A DNA stretch of 64,000 nt, from NCBI GenBank assembly GCA_965602015.1, contig OZ271918.1, positions 768,001-832,000 of the forward strand. Reading direction: 5' to 3'. This document shows positions 41,485 to 52,434 of the stretch, piece by piece (position 1 is the first letter of the stretch; each line of letters begins with the position of its first letter). The translations under genes were made by a program, and so were the position numbers. The notes under the pieces were generated by a model. It saw only the letters and a list, made by a program, of their open reading frames with translations. It did not search any database and was not told the DNA's origin. The DNA comes from Salinispira sp. GTDB taxonomy: Bacteria > Spirochaetota > Spirochaetia > DSM-27196 > Salinispiraceae.

Positions 41485-43128
41485 ATGAGAATATTACTCA
41501 AGGAACGATTTGCTGATTTTTCACTCCGCCGGGAAATTTTCGGTGGACTCACCACTGCCGTGGTGTCGCTTCCCATGGCCATCGCCTTCGGGGCATCATC
41601 CGGGGCCGGTGCCGAGGCCGGATTATACGGCGCTATTATTCTCGGGTTCTTCGCCGCGCTGTTCGGCGGAAGCCGAACCCTGATTTCCGAGCCCACCGGC
41701 CCGATGACAGTCTTGATGACCGCGGTCATTATGGGGGCAATTGCCGATCATCCGGAAAACGGCCTGGTGTTGGCGTTTAGCGCCGTAATGGTGGCCGGAG
41801 TGGTTCAAATTCTTTTTGGCACCCTAAAACTCGGCAAATATTTCACCATGATGCCCTACAGCGTGATTTCCGGCTTTATGTCGGGAATCGGCGTCCTTCT
41901 TATACTAAACCAGCTTCCCTCCCTGGCGGGTTCAGTGGAGTCGGGAGCGAATGTCTTCCAATCCATCAGCGTGAGCTTCCGGGCGTTAGCCAGCCCCAAT
42001 TGGGTCGAGTTAAGCATTTCCGGGGCGTCCCTGCTAGTGCTGTTCGGTATTCCCCGGCGAATTCAGCGCTATGTGCCGTCCCAGCTCATAGTGCTGGTGC
42101 TGGGAACCGCCGCAGCCGCCCTGTTATTGCCCGCAGCCGCCTTCCGCAGCGTGGGGAATATCAACTTCACCCTCCCGGCCATAAATCTGCCGAGAATCCC
42201 CCTGGACATCTGGCCTGAGATTTTGGTGAACGGGGCCATACTCGGCATTCTGGGGAGCATCGATACCCTGCTGACAGCCATGATTGCCGACAGCCTGACA
42301 AGGGAACAGCATAACAGCGACCGGGAGCTCATCGGGCAGGGAATAGGAAACCTGGCCTCCGGGCTCTTCGGGGGACTGCCCGGCGCCGGAGCGACCATGG
42401 GAACGGTGGTCAATATCCAGACCGGCGCCAGGACGCCGGCGGCCGCAATGATCCGCGCCGGAACCCTCATAGCTCTGGTTTCGGTGTTCGCCCCCCTTGT
42501 GCGATTCGTCCCCATGGCTGTGCTCGCGGCAATTGCGGTGAAGGTCGGCTTCAACATCCTCGACTGGAGCTTCCTCGGGCGGGCCCACAAGATTTCCCGA
42601 GCAGCCAGTTTTATTATGTACGCCGTTTTACTGCTCACGGTTTTTGTCGACCTGTTGGTGGCCGTGGGGGTCGGGGTGTTTATCGCCAATGTCCTGACGA
42701 TTGAGCGGCTTTCGGCTCAGCCGGCGACCCGGGTCCGCAGCATAGACCCCAGCGGCGACCCGGTGGTGGTCAACGCCGAGGAGAGGGAACTGCTTGAGGC
42801 TCTGGGAGAGTCGGTGGTGCTGTTTCACTTGAGCGGACCCATGATATTCGGGGTCGCCCAGGCCATCGCCCGGGAGTCGTCCCTCATGAGGGAGTCGGCC
42901 TCCGCCCTGATTATCGACCTCACGGAAGTTTCGTTTCTCAGCACCACGGTGAGCCTTGCCCTGGAAAACATTATTCTCGACGCCAGGTCCAGTGATCAGT
43001 CGGTGTACATAGCCGGAGCCAGTGTGGAGTCCCGGGCAAAAATGGAGAAGATCGGCGTGAGTTCGCAGCAGGTGCAGTACAGCGACTCTCGGCTCGATGC
43101 GTTGAGAAGCCTCAGTCCGCCGGCATAG
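41485..43128 (+). CDS. SulP/SLC26 anion transporter with STAS domain (BicA-like)
   Basis: GLYGAI, ISEPTGPMTV, RELIGQG, GAGATMGT, STAS GPMIFG. Start uncertain. Confidence 0.9.
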   Translation: MRILLKERFADFSLRREIFGGLTTAVVSLPMAIAFGASSGAGAEAGLYGAIILGFFAALFGGSRTLISEPTGPMTVLMTAVIMGAIADHPENGLVLAFSAVMVAGVVQILFGTLKLGKYFTMMPYSVISGFMSGIGVLLILNQLPSLAGSVESGANVFQSISVSFRALASPNWVELSISGASLLVLFGIPRRIQRYVPSQLIVLVLGTAAAALLLPAAAFRSVGNINFTLPAINLPRIPLDIWPEILVNGAILGILGSIDTLLTAMIADSLTREQHNSDRELIGQGIGNLASGLFGGLPGAGATMGTVVNIQTGARTPAAAMIRAGTLIALVSVFAPLVRFVPMAVLAAIAVKVGFNILDWSFLGRAHKISRAASFIMYAVLLLTVFVDLLVAVGVGVFIANVLTIERLSAQPATRVRSIDPSGDPVVVNAEERELLEALGESVVLFHLSGPMIFGVAQAIARESSLMRESASALIIDLTEVSFLSTTVSLALENIILDARSSDQSVYIAGASVESRAKMEKIGVSSQQVQYSDSRLDALRSLSPPA

Positions 43129-43173
43129 GGAAAAAATGCTTCGTCACATCGATTGTATTGACAGGGGAAGACC

Positions 43174-44097
43174 GTGACGCTGTTCCTCACCTCCCTGGCT
43201 CAGGTCCTGCCGCTTTTTGTGCTGATACTGCTGGGCTTATTCCTGCGCAGGGGCGGGGTAATAGACGACGCCTTCGTTTCGGGAGCATCCCGGCTGGTGT
43301 TCCGCATCGCCCTGCCGGTCATGGTTTTCCGTCGGCTGTCGCAGATAGACTCAATACCCGCGGAACTGTTTGCCGGCATCGGCCTGTTTGCCGCTGTGAC
43401 CCTGCTGGTCTTTGTCTCGTTATGGATATTTCTTCGACGCATTCCCGGGCCGCAATGGGCCGCGGCCATACAGGGGGCATTCCGCAGCAACATCGCAATA
43501 ATCGGATTGGCGGTAATAGAAAACAGCTACGGGCCCCGGGCCTTGGCCCTCGGGGCGGTTGTGCTTGCGGCTATTATGCCGCTGTACAACCTGCTGGCTA
43601 TTACCGTCCTCAGCCACGGGGCGCACCGCAATGAAGGCTCTCTCTGGCTCAAGGTGGCCAGGGAAGTTTCGACCAATCCCCTGTTGTGGGCGGTGGCGGC
43701 GGGGATTTTCGCCTCGCTTGTGTCCCTGCCCCTGCCCACTGGCGCCCAGCAGGTTCTGGATTACCTGTCCCGGCTTACTCTGCCCTTGGCGCTTATCAGC
43801 ATAGGGGCATCCCTAAGCGTCAAAGGCCTGGTTCACCGCCGCGGCCTGTGGGCCCTGGCCTCCGCGGTAAAACTCGTGGTTATTCCCGCTCTGGTGTATG
43901 CCGGCGGACTGCTTACGGGCATTGATGGTGATCTGCTCCGAGTTCTGGTGTTGACCTCCGGCTGTCCGACGGCGGTGGCCAGCTTTGTGATGGCCCGGGC
44001 CATGGGCGCCGACAGTGAGCTTGCCGGCGAGATAATCAGCGTGACCACTCTCCTGTCGGTTCTGACCCTTACCGGATGGATTAGCATTGTAGCCTAG
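43174..44097 (+). CDS. AEC (auxin efflux carrier) family transporter
   Basis: FRIALP, FRSNIAIIG, NPLL, CPTA. Confidence 0.85.
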   Translation: MTLFLTSLAQVLPLFVLILLGLFLRRGGVIDDAFVSGASRLVFRIALPVMVFRRLSQIDSIPAELFAGIGLFAAVTLLVFVSLWIFLRRIPGPQWAAAIQGAFRSNIAIIGLAVIENSYGPRALALGAVVLAAIMPLYNLLAITVLSHGAHRNEGSLWLKVAREVSTNPLLWAVAAGIFASLVSLPLPTGAQQVLDYLSRLTLPLALISIGASLSVKGLVHRRGLWALASAVKLVVIPALVYAGGLLTGIDGDLLRVLVLTSGCPTAVASFVMARAMGADSELAGEIISVTTLLSVLTLTGWISIVA

Positions 44098-44205
44098 TGA
44101 TCTGGCGGTAAGAGTCCGGATTGGCGCATGTGAGCTAAGCTTTCGGGTTATGCTAACCGGGGCTAAGCGCCCTTGATCTTGCGTCGTTCTTGACGGTATT
44201 ACTTA

Positions 44206-44916
44206 ATGGCTATGCCTATAAAAAGAGTCGGGAAATATCTCGAATCTGATGACCTTGGGAACTACCCCTCTCTGGGTATTGAATCTTCGCTCCTCAAGCC
44301 TTGCATACGGGAAATTCGACGGCGGAAAATCCCCGGTGTCTTCGGCTGCCCTGCGTTCGGATTCAAGGAACAGAATTTGGATTTCCTGAATGCCATGCCA
44401 TTTGTCAGGCAGGTCTGGTTTTGGGAAGTTCGATTGGACTCAATTGACGGGCTGAATAGTCTCGACCAGCTCGAATACTTCGGGGTCCATGATGTGCGTC
44501 CCGGAATAGATTTCTCGCATTTTACCCGATTAAAAAAGGCCGTGTGGCATCCAGTCGATGGGGATTGGGGCCTCGAAAAACTACCTGTGCTTACAGAATT
44601 GGACATGTGGAGATTCAAGCCTTCAACTAAGCGCTATTCGGACTTTAAAGCTCCGGCATCATTAAAGAAGCTCGCTTTGAACTGGTGCAATCCTCATTCG
44701 CTTGAAGGTTTGCCGAAATTGCCGAATCTCCTGGAGCTTCAGGTTCATTACTGTAAAAATCTCAGATCCCTCGACGGCCTGCTATCCGCCGCACCGAAGC
44801 TGCAAAGACTCGTCATAACGCGCTGCCCGAACCTGAAAGATTATTCAATAGTTGAGGGCAGGTCCTGGGAAAAACTCTTTATCAATGTCCGGGGCAGGAC
44901 GCTGTTTGATATTTGA
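44206..44916 (+). CDS. Leucine-rich-repeat-like hypothetical protein
   Basis: LxxLxL patterns: LPVLTELDM, LKKLALN, LPNLLELQV, LQRLVI. Confidence 0.6.
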   Translation: MAMPIKRVGKYLESDDLGNYPSLGIESSLLKPCIREIRRRKIPGVFGCPAFGFKEQNLDFLNAMPFVRQVWFWEVRLDSIDGLNSLDQLEYFGVHDVRPGIDFSHFTRLKKAVWHPVDGDWGLEKLPVLTELDMWRFKPSTKRYSDFKAPASLKKLALNWCNPHSLEGLPKLPNLLELQVHYCKNLRSLDGLLSAAPKLQRLVITRCPNLKDYSIVEGRSWEKLFINVRGRTLFDI

Positions 44917-44977
44917 TCAGAATACTGGGGAAGAGAGCCGGAATACCGTGAGAGCCAGCGCCCGTTTTCCCGCGTCA

Positions 44978-45529
44978 TCACAATTCCCGGTCTGACTCCA
45001 CTTCGCCCATTTCCCTGAGCACGTCGAACATATTGGGCACCCGGTGACCGAGGGGGTCCACCGGCCGTTCACCATGGCCGGGCTTCCGCCGGCGCTTTAT
45101 TATCATATTATCGTCTTCGCGCACCCGCAGGTCCCGATAACGGCGCTTCGGCGCCGTCGGCCCCTCCATGCCCCGGAGGGAACAGAGAACCCAGTAGAGC
45201 TCGTTCAGGTCATCGGCGGATTCGCAGACAATATATCGATAGTAACAGTCGCCGCTGATCAGGTACTTCTCTATGTTCCGGTTGGTCCGCTCTGAGGCGT
45301 CGGCTTCGAATCGAATCTCATTTCGCAGCCCGCCGTACCATGCCCTTCCCATCTTGATCAGCCGGGGCTTGCGGGACTGCTCGAGCCAGTACAGTTCCCA
45401 GATTCCCGCCAGCGAGGGCACCGATCCGTTTATCGACCGTCGTTCTACCGGCAGAAGGGGGGACCAGTCCAGATCGTAATACGCGATCTCCCGATGGACC
45501 CGCTTGGACACGCTGTGGGGGGTGCGCAT
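44978..45529 (-). CDS. Hypothetical protein, closely linked to the MinD-like ATPase
   Basis: Starts 4 bp after the ATPase stop. VPSLAGIWELY..MG weakly recalls GIY-YIG folds. Confidence 0.6.
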   Translation of the reverse strand: MRTPHSVSKRVHREIAYYDLDWSPLLPVERRSINGSVPSLAGIWELYWLEQSRKPRLIKMGRAWYGGLRNEIRFEADASERTNRNIEKYLISGDCYYRYIVCESADDLNELYWVLCSLRGMEGPTAPKRRYRDLRVREDDNMIIKRRRKPGHGERPVDPLGHRVPNMFDVLREMGEVESDREL

Positions 45530-45533
45530 CCGC

Positions 45534-46673
45534 CTATCCCTTCCTCATGGTGAGCATGCGAACCGTATTCTGCAGTTCGTGAATCCGTTCTTTTTGGGCG
45601 GCAAGTATCTCTATGAATTCTTCGGTATCCGAGTTCTTCCCGCCCTCCGGCGCGCCGGCCTCTGCCTGCCGGGTAGCCAGATCATTGGAAAGCTCTATGC
45701 GAAGCAGCTCATAGGAATCGCTGTACAGGCTGGTATCCAGGGCCAGATCGGGAAAATCCGGCGACTGGACGATTTTTTGGGCGATCCGGTCGACCTGCAT
45801 GGCCATCAGGCTGTCGGGGGCTTCGATGATATGGGGATTGTGGGCCCGGTAGCTTTTGGCCAGGTCCTCATCGGCCATCACGAATCCCAGGGCTTCAAGG
45901 GAGTAGGTGAGGTTCTTCCCCACGAGGTCGCGAAGGCTCTCGGCGATATTCAGGTCTTCGGAGCTCCGTACCAGGTTCAGTACGAGCTGGGGTTTCAAAT
46001 AGCCCAGAATCCGTTCCGCCCGGTCCGCCTGTACCGGATCCATTTCCCGCATTCCCTTGACTACCGATATGACGCTCACCGGATTGCCCGGCTGCCGCTC
46101 TTTTATTGTCTGGCGGATGTATTTTTCCACCTCGCTGTCCCCGCTGAATGCCCGCATCAGAAAGCGGAAGGTAGTGTTCTTCATAAAACTGTAGGCGTTG
46201 AGTATTGCCCCTACATGGGGGGAGGACACTACGATGCCCGAATTCGAAGCCAGGAAGAAGTCGACGACGTTATTGTTCGCGCCGGAGCCCAGGTCGAGCA
46301 GGATGTAATCCGCCTCTATTCTTTCAATGTGTTTTATTACGCTCCGCTTCTGGGCGAAGGTGATATTCGGCGTGTTGGCAACCAGAACGTCGCCGGGGAT
46401 AAAACGGAGGTTGGGGAAAGGGGTGTCCGACAGGATTTGTTCGAATCCCAGCCTGCGGTCTGATAAAAAGTTACCCAATCCGTAGTTTTTATTCTTGATG
46501 CCCAGCGCAGAGTGGAGGTTAGATCCTCCCAGGTCGAGGTCGATGACCACCGTATTGTAACCCAACTGGCCCAGGCGCACTCCGAGATTGGCGCAGATTT
46601 CGGTTTTGCCCACTCCGCCCTTGCCGCCGGCTATGGGGATTATCTTTGTTGCTCGATTTTGCGTTATAACCAT
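45534..46673 (-). CDS. MinD/FlhG/ParA-family P-loop ATPase with C-terminal coiled coil
   Basis: Deviant Walker A GGKGGVGKT, DLDLGGSNL, LLDLGSG. Confidence 0.88.
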   Translation of the reverse strand: MVITQNRATKIIPIAGGKGGVGKTEICANLGVRLGQLGYNTVVIDLDLGGSNLHSALGIKNKNYGLGNFLSDRRLGFEQILSDTPFPNLRFIPGDVLVANTPNITFAQKRSVIKHIERIEADYILLDLGSGANNNVVDFFLASNSGIVVSSPHVGAILNAYSFMKNTTFRFLMRAFSGDSEVEKYIRQTIKERQPGNPVSVISVVKGMREMDPVQADRAERILGYLKPQLVLNLVRSSEDLNIAESLRDLVGKNLTYSLEALGFVMADEDLAKSYRAHNPHIIEAPDSLMAMQVDRIAQKIVQSPDFPDLALDTSLYSDSYELLRIELSNDLATRQAEAGAPEGGKNSDTEEFIEILAAQKERIHELQNTVRMLTMRKG

Positions 46674-46767
46674 TTTTTACCCCGATTGGACCACAATACT
46701 CGAAAATACGAAAAAATGCCACCGCCGATGCTGACAACAGGCAATCGACCCCTTATAGTTATAGTCG

Positions 46768-49398
46768 GTGGAAACTTCTAACAGCAATATGCCTACGGGC
46801 AGCAGAGTCTATCATCTCGACCGCGAGTGCTACGTAATTTACATGGGCAAGGGCGATCGCCAGTACCGGCCGTTCCTGCGCATCGGAACGAGTCCGTTTA
46901 TCCCATCGGATATTCGAAGGCATATCGGATCGGTTGTGCTTCCCGACCGGATGACCGGCGACTACTTTCAGGAAGCCGACTGCCTTGAGCAGCCCATTAC
47001 CCGCAACATGCATTATGTGGGCTCTCCCGAGCTGATAAAGGCGGTCCGCCATTTTATAAGAAAGGATGAAATCGCCCTTCAACCCATTCAGTCGGTGAAG
47101 GACAAACCCGAGGAAACCGGCGCCAAGGTTCACTTCTTTAAAGACGGCAATCTTCGGGTGTTTATGGACGGGCACCGCCTGTTCGACCTGGTTGAACGGG
47201 AGAAAAGCGATAACCACCAGGTTTATCAGTACCGGCGGCTTTGCGAGCTCATCGAAAGTGATACCCATGCTTTTACTGAGGCGGATTTTGAGGATCCCGG
47301 CTTTATTCCCATGGACGGACCCGAGGTGTTTGGATTTGCCAACGGCATTATTGAGATCCACGGTACCGGAGGGGCGAGCGCCGCGCGGCTGGTTTCCCGG
47401 CTGCTGCCCCTGACCCTTGTTCGGCGCTTCGGAGCCCGGGCCAACCGGGACGCCATGTTCTCCCTGGTGAAATGGCACCATGTGGAAAACCGTTCAATCG
47501 AATTCGTTCTCGAAGACCTGAACACCAAAACCGGCCCGACCAGCGACCTCGAGGCCGATCTGTTGGAAATGCTGGACCATATACACGCCAAGGCCAAGGC
47601 AAAACCCGGCCTCGATCTCCCAGCGCCCGCACCCGCCGCCTTTGTCAAAGCCGCATTCGGATCGCGAGTTGACAGTCAGGCCGACGGCCAAACCGACGCA
47701 CAGGCAACGGGCAAATCCGGCGGTGCAATTTTCAACCGCCTGGATCTGCAGGCCGGAGATCCAGGCGGTTCCACTGAACTCTTCCTCGCCGAGGGACAGA
47801 CCTGGCACGGAGGCCGTGAGCCGGCCTTGTTCACCGGGGTTCCGGTACACATCGGCAGTGCTGGAGACGGCCTGTGGAAAAAGGCCGTTTCAGACTCACA
47901 GGAGAGCCTTTCGCGCCTTATGGGCAGCCAGCACCTGGCGGCCATTGAGCAGTTTTCCGGCTATGACGAGAGCGCGAAGCAGCGGCACATCGGACAGCTT
48001 CTCAGTGAGAGCGAGGATCCGGTGGGCCGGCTGGCAGCCCTGCTGTGGATCTGGAACGATCAATATCTTCACGAAGTTGCCGGCGGGTCGCTGTTTAGCT
48101 CCGCGCAGATAGGCCTCATGGCCTCCCTGCAGGATGAGCAGATATTTCCCCTCATCGGCCGTCTGGTGGACAGCGGCGAAGGTTGGGTGACGGTGTACCG
48201 CCTCACCAAAGATATCACCCGAAGCGAACTGCGCCAGCGGCAGCAAATCGTCGAAAAAATCCAAAAACTCCTCGCCTGGAATGACCCCAGGTCCGACTAT
48301 GAAGCCGACCGCCAGCGGCTGAGCGATACCCTAAAAGCCCTCCTGGCTTCAAAGAGCCTTCACAGCAGCAAGCCGAAGCCCCACGCTGCCGCCGACTCTT
48401 CGGCGCAGTCGGACGAAGCCCAGCCCGCTGATTCCCCGCCGCCCCAAAGCGAAGCGGCTGGCGACGCCGAGGGACGTGCTAAAACCGGAGATGGTCAAAC
48501 CGGGGATGTTAAAACCGCCCAGGATAGCGAACGCGATTCTGCAAGCCGGGAAGGTTCGACGGCGTCAGGCGGTGAATCTTCTATCGCCGCAGGCCGCGGA
48601 ACCGCCGATGCCGCCGATCGTGGGTCTTCCGGAAGCGCTGCCTCAGACGCGATTGACGGATCCGGACGCTCGCCCTGGGGAAGCATACTCCTGGGCATCA
48701 TCCTCATAGGCATAATCGCCGTTCTTATATGGCTCATCTTTTTCAGGCAGCCCGTTCCCCCATCCGAAGCTGCCGGCGGCGGCCAGGCTGCGGCGCAGCA
48801 GGAGTCTCCCGCCGATCCGGACGGCGGGGAAACCGGAGCCGGCTCACAGGCTGCCGGACCGGGAAGCGCGGCCTCCGATGAGGAAGTCGGCGGCGTTTCC
48901 GGTGAAACCGGCGACGAAGATGCAGAGCAGCCCCCGGAAACCGGCGGCGCTGACGATGGCACAGATGATTCCAGCGAGGCTGCCGATGATCGGGACGGCG
49001 AAGTCTCAGGCGAAAGCGGTGATTCCCAAAGCGGCGAGGACAGAGCTCCGACGGCAATGGGAGATCAGGGCCCCCGGCGGCCGGAGGATGGCCCCGCAAT
49101 GCCCTTCGAGTCGGTCTGGACCATGGCGGAGATTCTGCGGGTGTCGAACTGGATAGCCGGCAACAACGGTTTTGCCCTTATCGGTCAGACCAGCGACCTG
49201 CGCAGAAACCCCGACTGGATTTTTACCGGGAACGTGTTTACCCTTCCCAACGGTGAAAGCTATGAGGTTCGCGACGGGGACATGATCTGGACCATCGCCG
49301 ATGAATATCTCAGCAATGAATTCGAGAATTCCGGCCTGAGTATTGAGGAATTCCGTGAGAATATTACTGACCTGAACTATAATCAAAATGGAAATTAG
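46768..49398 (+). CDS. Bitopic membrane protein with acidic low-complexity linkers and a C-terminal LysM-like domain
   Basis: Single TM ILLGIILIGIIAVLIWLIFF. NPDWIFTG..LP and YEVRDGDMIWTIA motifs. Confidence 0.7.
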   Translation: METSNSNMPTGSRVYHLDRECYVIYMGKGDRQYRPFLRIGTSPFIPSDIRRHIGSVVLPDRMTGDYFQEADCLEQPITRNMHYVGSPELIKAVRHFIRKDEIALQPIQSVKDKPEETGAKVHFFKDGNLRVFMDGHRLFDLVEREKSDNHQVYQYRRLCELIESDTHAFTEADFEDPGFIPMDGPEVFGFANGIIEIHGTGGASAARLVSRLLPLTLVRRFGARANRDAMFSLVKWHHVENRSIEFVLEDLNTKTGPTSDLEADLLEMLDHIHAKAKAKPGLDLPAPAPAAFVKAAFGSRVDSQADGQTDAQATGKSGGAIFNRLDLQAGDPGGSTELFLAEGQTWHGGREPALFTGVPVHIGSAGDGLWKKAVSDSQESLSRLMGSQHLAAIEQFSGYDESAKQRHIGQLLSESEDPVGRLAALLWIWNDQYLHEVAGGSLFSSAQIGLMASLQDEQIFPLIGRLVDSGEGWVTVYRLTKDITRSELRQRQQIVEKIQKLLAWNDPRSDYEADRQRLSDTLKALLASKSLHSSKPKPHAAADSSAQSDEAQPADSPPPQSEAAGDAEGRAKTGDGQTGDVKTAQDSERDSASREGSTASGGESSIAAGRGTADAADRGSSGSAASDAIDGSGRSPWGSILLGIILIGIIAVLIWLIFFRQPVPPSEAAGGGQAAAQQESPADPDGGETGAGSQAAGPGSAASDEEVGGVSGETGDEDAEQPPETGGADDGTDDSSEAADDRDGEVSGESGDSQSGEDRAPTAMGDQGPRRPEDGPAMPFESVWTMAEILRVSNWIAGNNGFALIGQTSDLRRNPDWIFTGNVFTLPNGESYEVRDGDMIWTIADEYLSNEFENSGLSIEEFRENITDLNYNQNGN

Positions 49399-49504
49399 GT
49401 AAAAATAGGATTTGGAGACGTGCAGTTGCGGTCGTAGACCCGCTGAAAAACATGGCAAGAACAAGGGTTAGCAGCCCGGGGAAGTATCCAAGGAGGAATT
49501 CCAC

Positions 49505-51493
49505 ATGTCAGATCTTAACCACAGCCCGAATATATTCCATCCTACGAAACCGTCAGCGGTGGGATCTCGCAACAGTATGGCGCAGGAAGGCCGGGATCAG
49601 AAAAAGGAGTACGACAACCTGGTCCAGGAGGAAACCAACAAAATCCTCAACGTCATCGAGTCCAAGCTTCCGAAGGAAGTTCTCGAGCGCCTCGATATCA
49701 CCGGCGGTCTGAAGGAAAAACTGTACAACTACTTCAACCAGAACTACCAGAACATGTTCAACCGGTATATCACCACCACTGAAGACGAGATGGTGAAGAA
49801 AATCCGGAACTTCATCGACAAGGAAGAGAACAAGGCTCTGGCCCGCTACACTCCGAAAGAAATCGCCAACATGCTTGACGAGATCGCCGGTGCCGACAAG
49901 TTCAATACCGGTGAAATCGAAAAATCCATTGTCAACATGTACGGTCACCTGCAGGGTCACATTCAGCGGGGGATGAACGACCTGGAGAACGACACCAACA
50001 GCCTGCTGAGGCAGAAAACCGACGTCGGTGCTTTTATCCGCGGGGAAAACGCCTACTCGGTTGTGAAATGTGCATTCAAAGACAGTGCGCATCGGCCGAA
50101 AACCGTTACCGATGTAAAGCTCTCGGTCAACATCCTGGACTCCGAGCTCATCAGTCCCATTTTCCAGTATCAGGCTACAGTTGAGTACCTCATAAAGGAT
50201 CAGATCAGCCGGACCATCACCAATCTCATCGATGCGGAAATTGAGAAATATCAGGACGAGCTGATCGACGAGGGCAAGGAAGAGCTCACTGACTCGGAAA
50301 TCATCTTCGAAAAGATGAGACGGGTGCCCACCTTCACCGATGACGACGCGGCGGACGAAACCAGCAAGCGCTACACCTTCCTGGCCAAGGATCTGATGGA
50401 CAAAATCGAAGGGCTCCGGGCGGAAATCGACCCCAGCCAGTTTGACCCCATCAATATCCGGGAAAACTTGAAGAAAATCATCGACATGGAAAATATCCGG
50501 AACCGGGGTTTTAATACGGTGGTCAATTCGCTTACCTCCATTCTGGACACGTCCAAGATGGGTTATCAGTACGTGGAAAACCTCAAGAATGCCCGGGAAC
50601 TTATCGTGCGGGAATATGAGGACACTGACAGCGAGCAGCTGCCCGACGAGCGCTACCAGATCCGGCTGAAGTATTTCGATGCCGATCAGCTCCACAAGGA
50701 ACAGTCTGCCTATGACGCCCAGCTGGAATCTTTCCGCCGGAAAATTCAGGAGCTGTACGATGTGGTCGAGCAGATATATCTGGACCGCCGAAGCCGCTTC
50801 AATGTCAATGATTACGAAGACCTGTCCCGCCGCCTCAAACGGCGCATCGTCCGACGAAAAGACGAGAGCCCCTTCGACGCATCGGGGGATCCCATCGTCG
50901 AGGAATTAAAAAGAGTGTGGAACGAGATCATCGCCCTCAAGGCCGATCTCACCGAGGTCGAGCGGCTGAATCAGACCTATCTCCACGAAAAGGAACTGTT
51001 CAAAAAAATGCTCAGCGCCATCAGCAAGAAGATCGAGAGCATTTTTGGCTTTCAGAATCCCCGTGAGCGGGTCATTCTGGACAACCGGGTGGGTTTCCTG
51101 CGCAAGCAGTTCGATAATTTCGACTACATCATCAACCCCTATCACATCCAGCCGGGGCTGCTGCTAGATATTGACATCGTCAGTATAAAGAGGAAGAAGT
51201 ACACCCTGGGCAGCATGGCCAACGTACTCAACGAATTCCTCCACGGCGTTTCCAAGGGCTTCCAGGATGCGGCGTTCGCGGCATTCAAGCGCCGCCGCTC
51301 AACGGTCCGCGACGATATCGGCATGAGTTTTTCCGCTGACTATGATCGCGGAGGCGAAATGGAAAACATGGGAACCGACACCATTGCGGCGCCCAAGAGC
51401 TCTTCGAGCAGCACCGCCACGGCAGTGAAGGGCCAGGCCGACGTTTCACCGGGTAAAGGCGATATATCCGGCGACGACCTGCAGGAGCTGTAG
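49505..51493 (+). CDS. cfpA: Cytoplasmic filament protein of spirochaetes
   Basis: N-terminus [17 protein letters not shown]...[33 protein letters not shown] matches treponemal CfpA as I recall it. Strong RBS AGGAGG. Confidence 0.9.
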   Translation: MSDLNHSPNIFHPTKPSAVGSRNSMAQEGRDQKKEYDNLVQEETNKILNVIESKLPKEVLERLDITGGLKEKLYNYFNQNYQNMFNRYITTTEDEMVKKIRNFIDKEENKALARYTPKEIANMLDEIAGADKFNTGEIEKSIVNMYGHLQGHIQRGMNDLENDTNSLLRQKTDVGAFIRGENAYSVVKCAFKDSAHRPKTVTDVKLSVNILDSELISPIFQYQATVEYLIKDQISRTITNLIDAEIEKYQDELIDEGKEELTDSEIIFEKMRRVPTFTDDDAADETSKRYTFLAKDLMDKIEGLRAEIDPSQFDPINIRENLKKIIDMENIRNRGFNTVVNSLTSILDTSKMGYQYVENLKNARELIVREYEDTDSEQLPDERYQIRLKYFDADQLHKEQSAYDAQLESFRRKIQELYDVVEQIYLDRRSRFNVNDYEDLSRRLKRRIVRRKDESPFDASGDPIVEELKRVWNEIIALKADLTEVERLNQTYLHEKELFKKMLSAISKKIESIFGFQNPRERVILDNRVGFLRKQFDNFDYIINPYHIQPGLLLDIDIVSIKRKKYTLGSMANVLNEFLHGVSKGFQDAAFAAFKRRRSTVRDDIGMSFSADYDRGGEMENMGTDTIAAPKSSSSSTATAVKGQADVSPGKGDISGDDLQEL

Positions 51494-51498
51494 ACCTC

Positions 51499-52419
51499 AT
51501 GGTCGGTAATTTGGATCTTTTTTCCCGCAGGGCCGGTTTTAATTCGGCCCTGCGGCATTTCAAATTCACCACCGGCCTGATTGAACCGGTTACCCGGGGG
51601 GGCAATATCGCCGACCTCCTCAGGGAAGCCGAACTCAACGGGACAATTATCAAAGAACAGTTTTCACCAATACTTTCTGCGCTTCTCGTGGATAAATTCG
51701 AGTACTCCGTTGAGAGCCGGAACTGTCCGGTTCTTATAGATGATCCTTCAGACATCGTCGGCATTCTGAGCACATGGACGGCATTTCAAATCGTCATCGT
51801 CTATCAGCATCCCGAAGTCGGACCATTTCCCATCAATCCTCGCAATGCCGAATCCTGGGAGGCGGCGCTGCCCATACTCAAGGATGAGCTGATGGTGGCG
51901 TATATCAAAGACCTGAGCGGCAAGCACAGCAGCGAAGATGTCAAAGCGGCCCTCGGTTTGGTTCATGACGTTCTTGCGGGCCTATCGGTTGAAGCACCCA
52001 AAAGTTTTACCGCTTCGGGAGCTCCAAAACCCGCCCCGGCACCGGCCCCCAAACCCGCAGCTCAGGCTGCCGGGAAGCCTAAGGGTGCCTACCGGAAGAC
52101 GCCCCAGTACTCGGTTGTGGTAACCAATGAGCTTTTTCACAACGGAAATGTGGAGGCATGGAAACGCATTATTGCCTCCTATCGTCAGAGCTATCCTGAA
52201 CTGGACGTGCTTATCTACTACGACAATGAACGCATAAAGGACATAAACGCCCTGTTTAAGTGGGGGAAGGTCAAGCACGGAACGCCGATTCTTATATCCG
52301 TGGCCGGCACCAATATAAAAGACGTTTCCAAACTTCAGAGATATCTCTTCGAAGGTGCCAGTCCCCGTTTTGAAAATTTTCTCAAGGGAAGCATTGATCA
52401 GCCCCTTGAGCTCTTCTGA
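51499..52419 (+). CDS. Hypothetical protein with Pro/Ala linker and C-terminal HPr-like domain
   Basis: VVVTNELFHNGN...ALFKWGKVKHGTPILISVAG aligns by eye with HPr (GLHTRP...SLFKL...GTVVTISAEG). Confidence 0.65.
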   Translation: MVGNLDLFSRRAGFNSALRHFKFTTGLIEPVTRGGNIADLLREAELNGTIIKEQFSPILSALLVDKFEYSVESRNCPVLIDDPSDIVGILSTWTAFQIVIVYQHPEVGPFPINPRNAESWEAALPILKDELMVAYIKDLSGKHSSEDVKAALGLVHDVLAGLSVEAPKSFTASGAPKPAPAPAPKPAAQAAGKPKGAYRKTPQYSVVVTNELFHNGNVEAWKRIIASYRQSYPELDVLIYYDNERIKDINALFKWGKVKHGTPILISVAGTNIKDVSKLQRYLFEGASPRFENFLKGSIDQPLELF

Positions 52420-52434
52420 TCCAGGAGCCATAGT

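Noticed and set aside
44978..45529. GIY-YIG endonuclease
   Set aside because: Only a faint GIW...MG resemblance. The catalytic motif cannot be established by eye.
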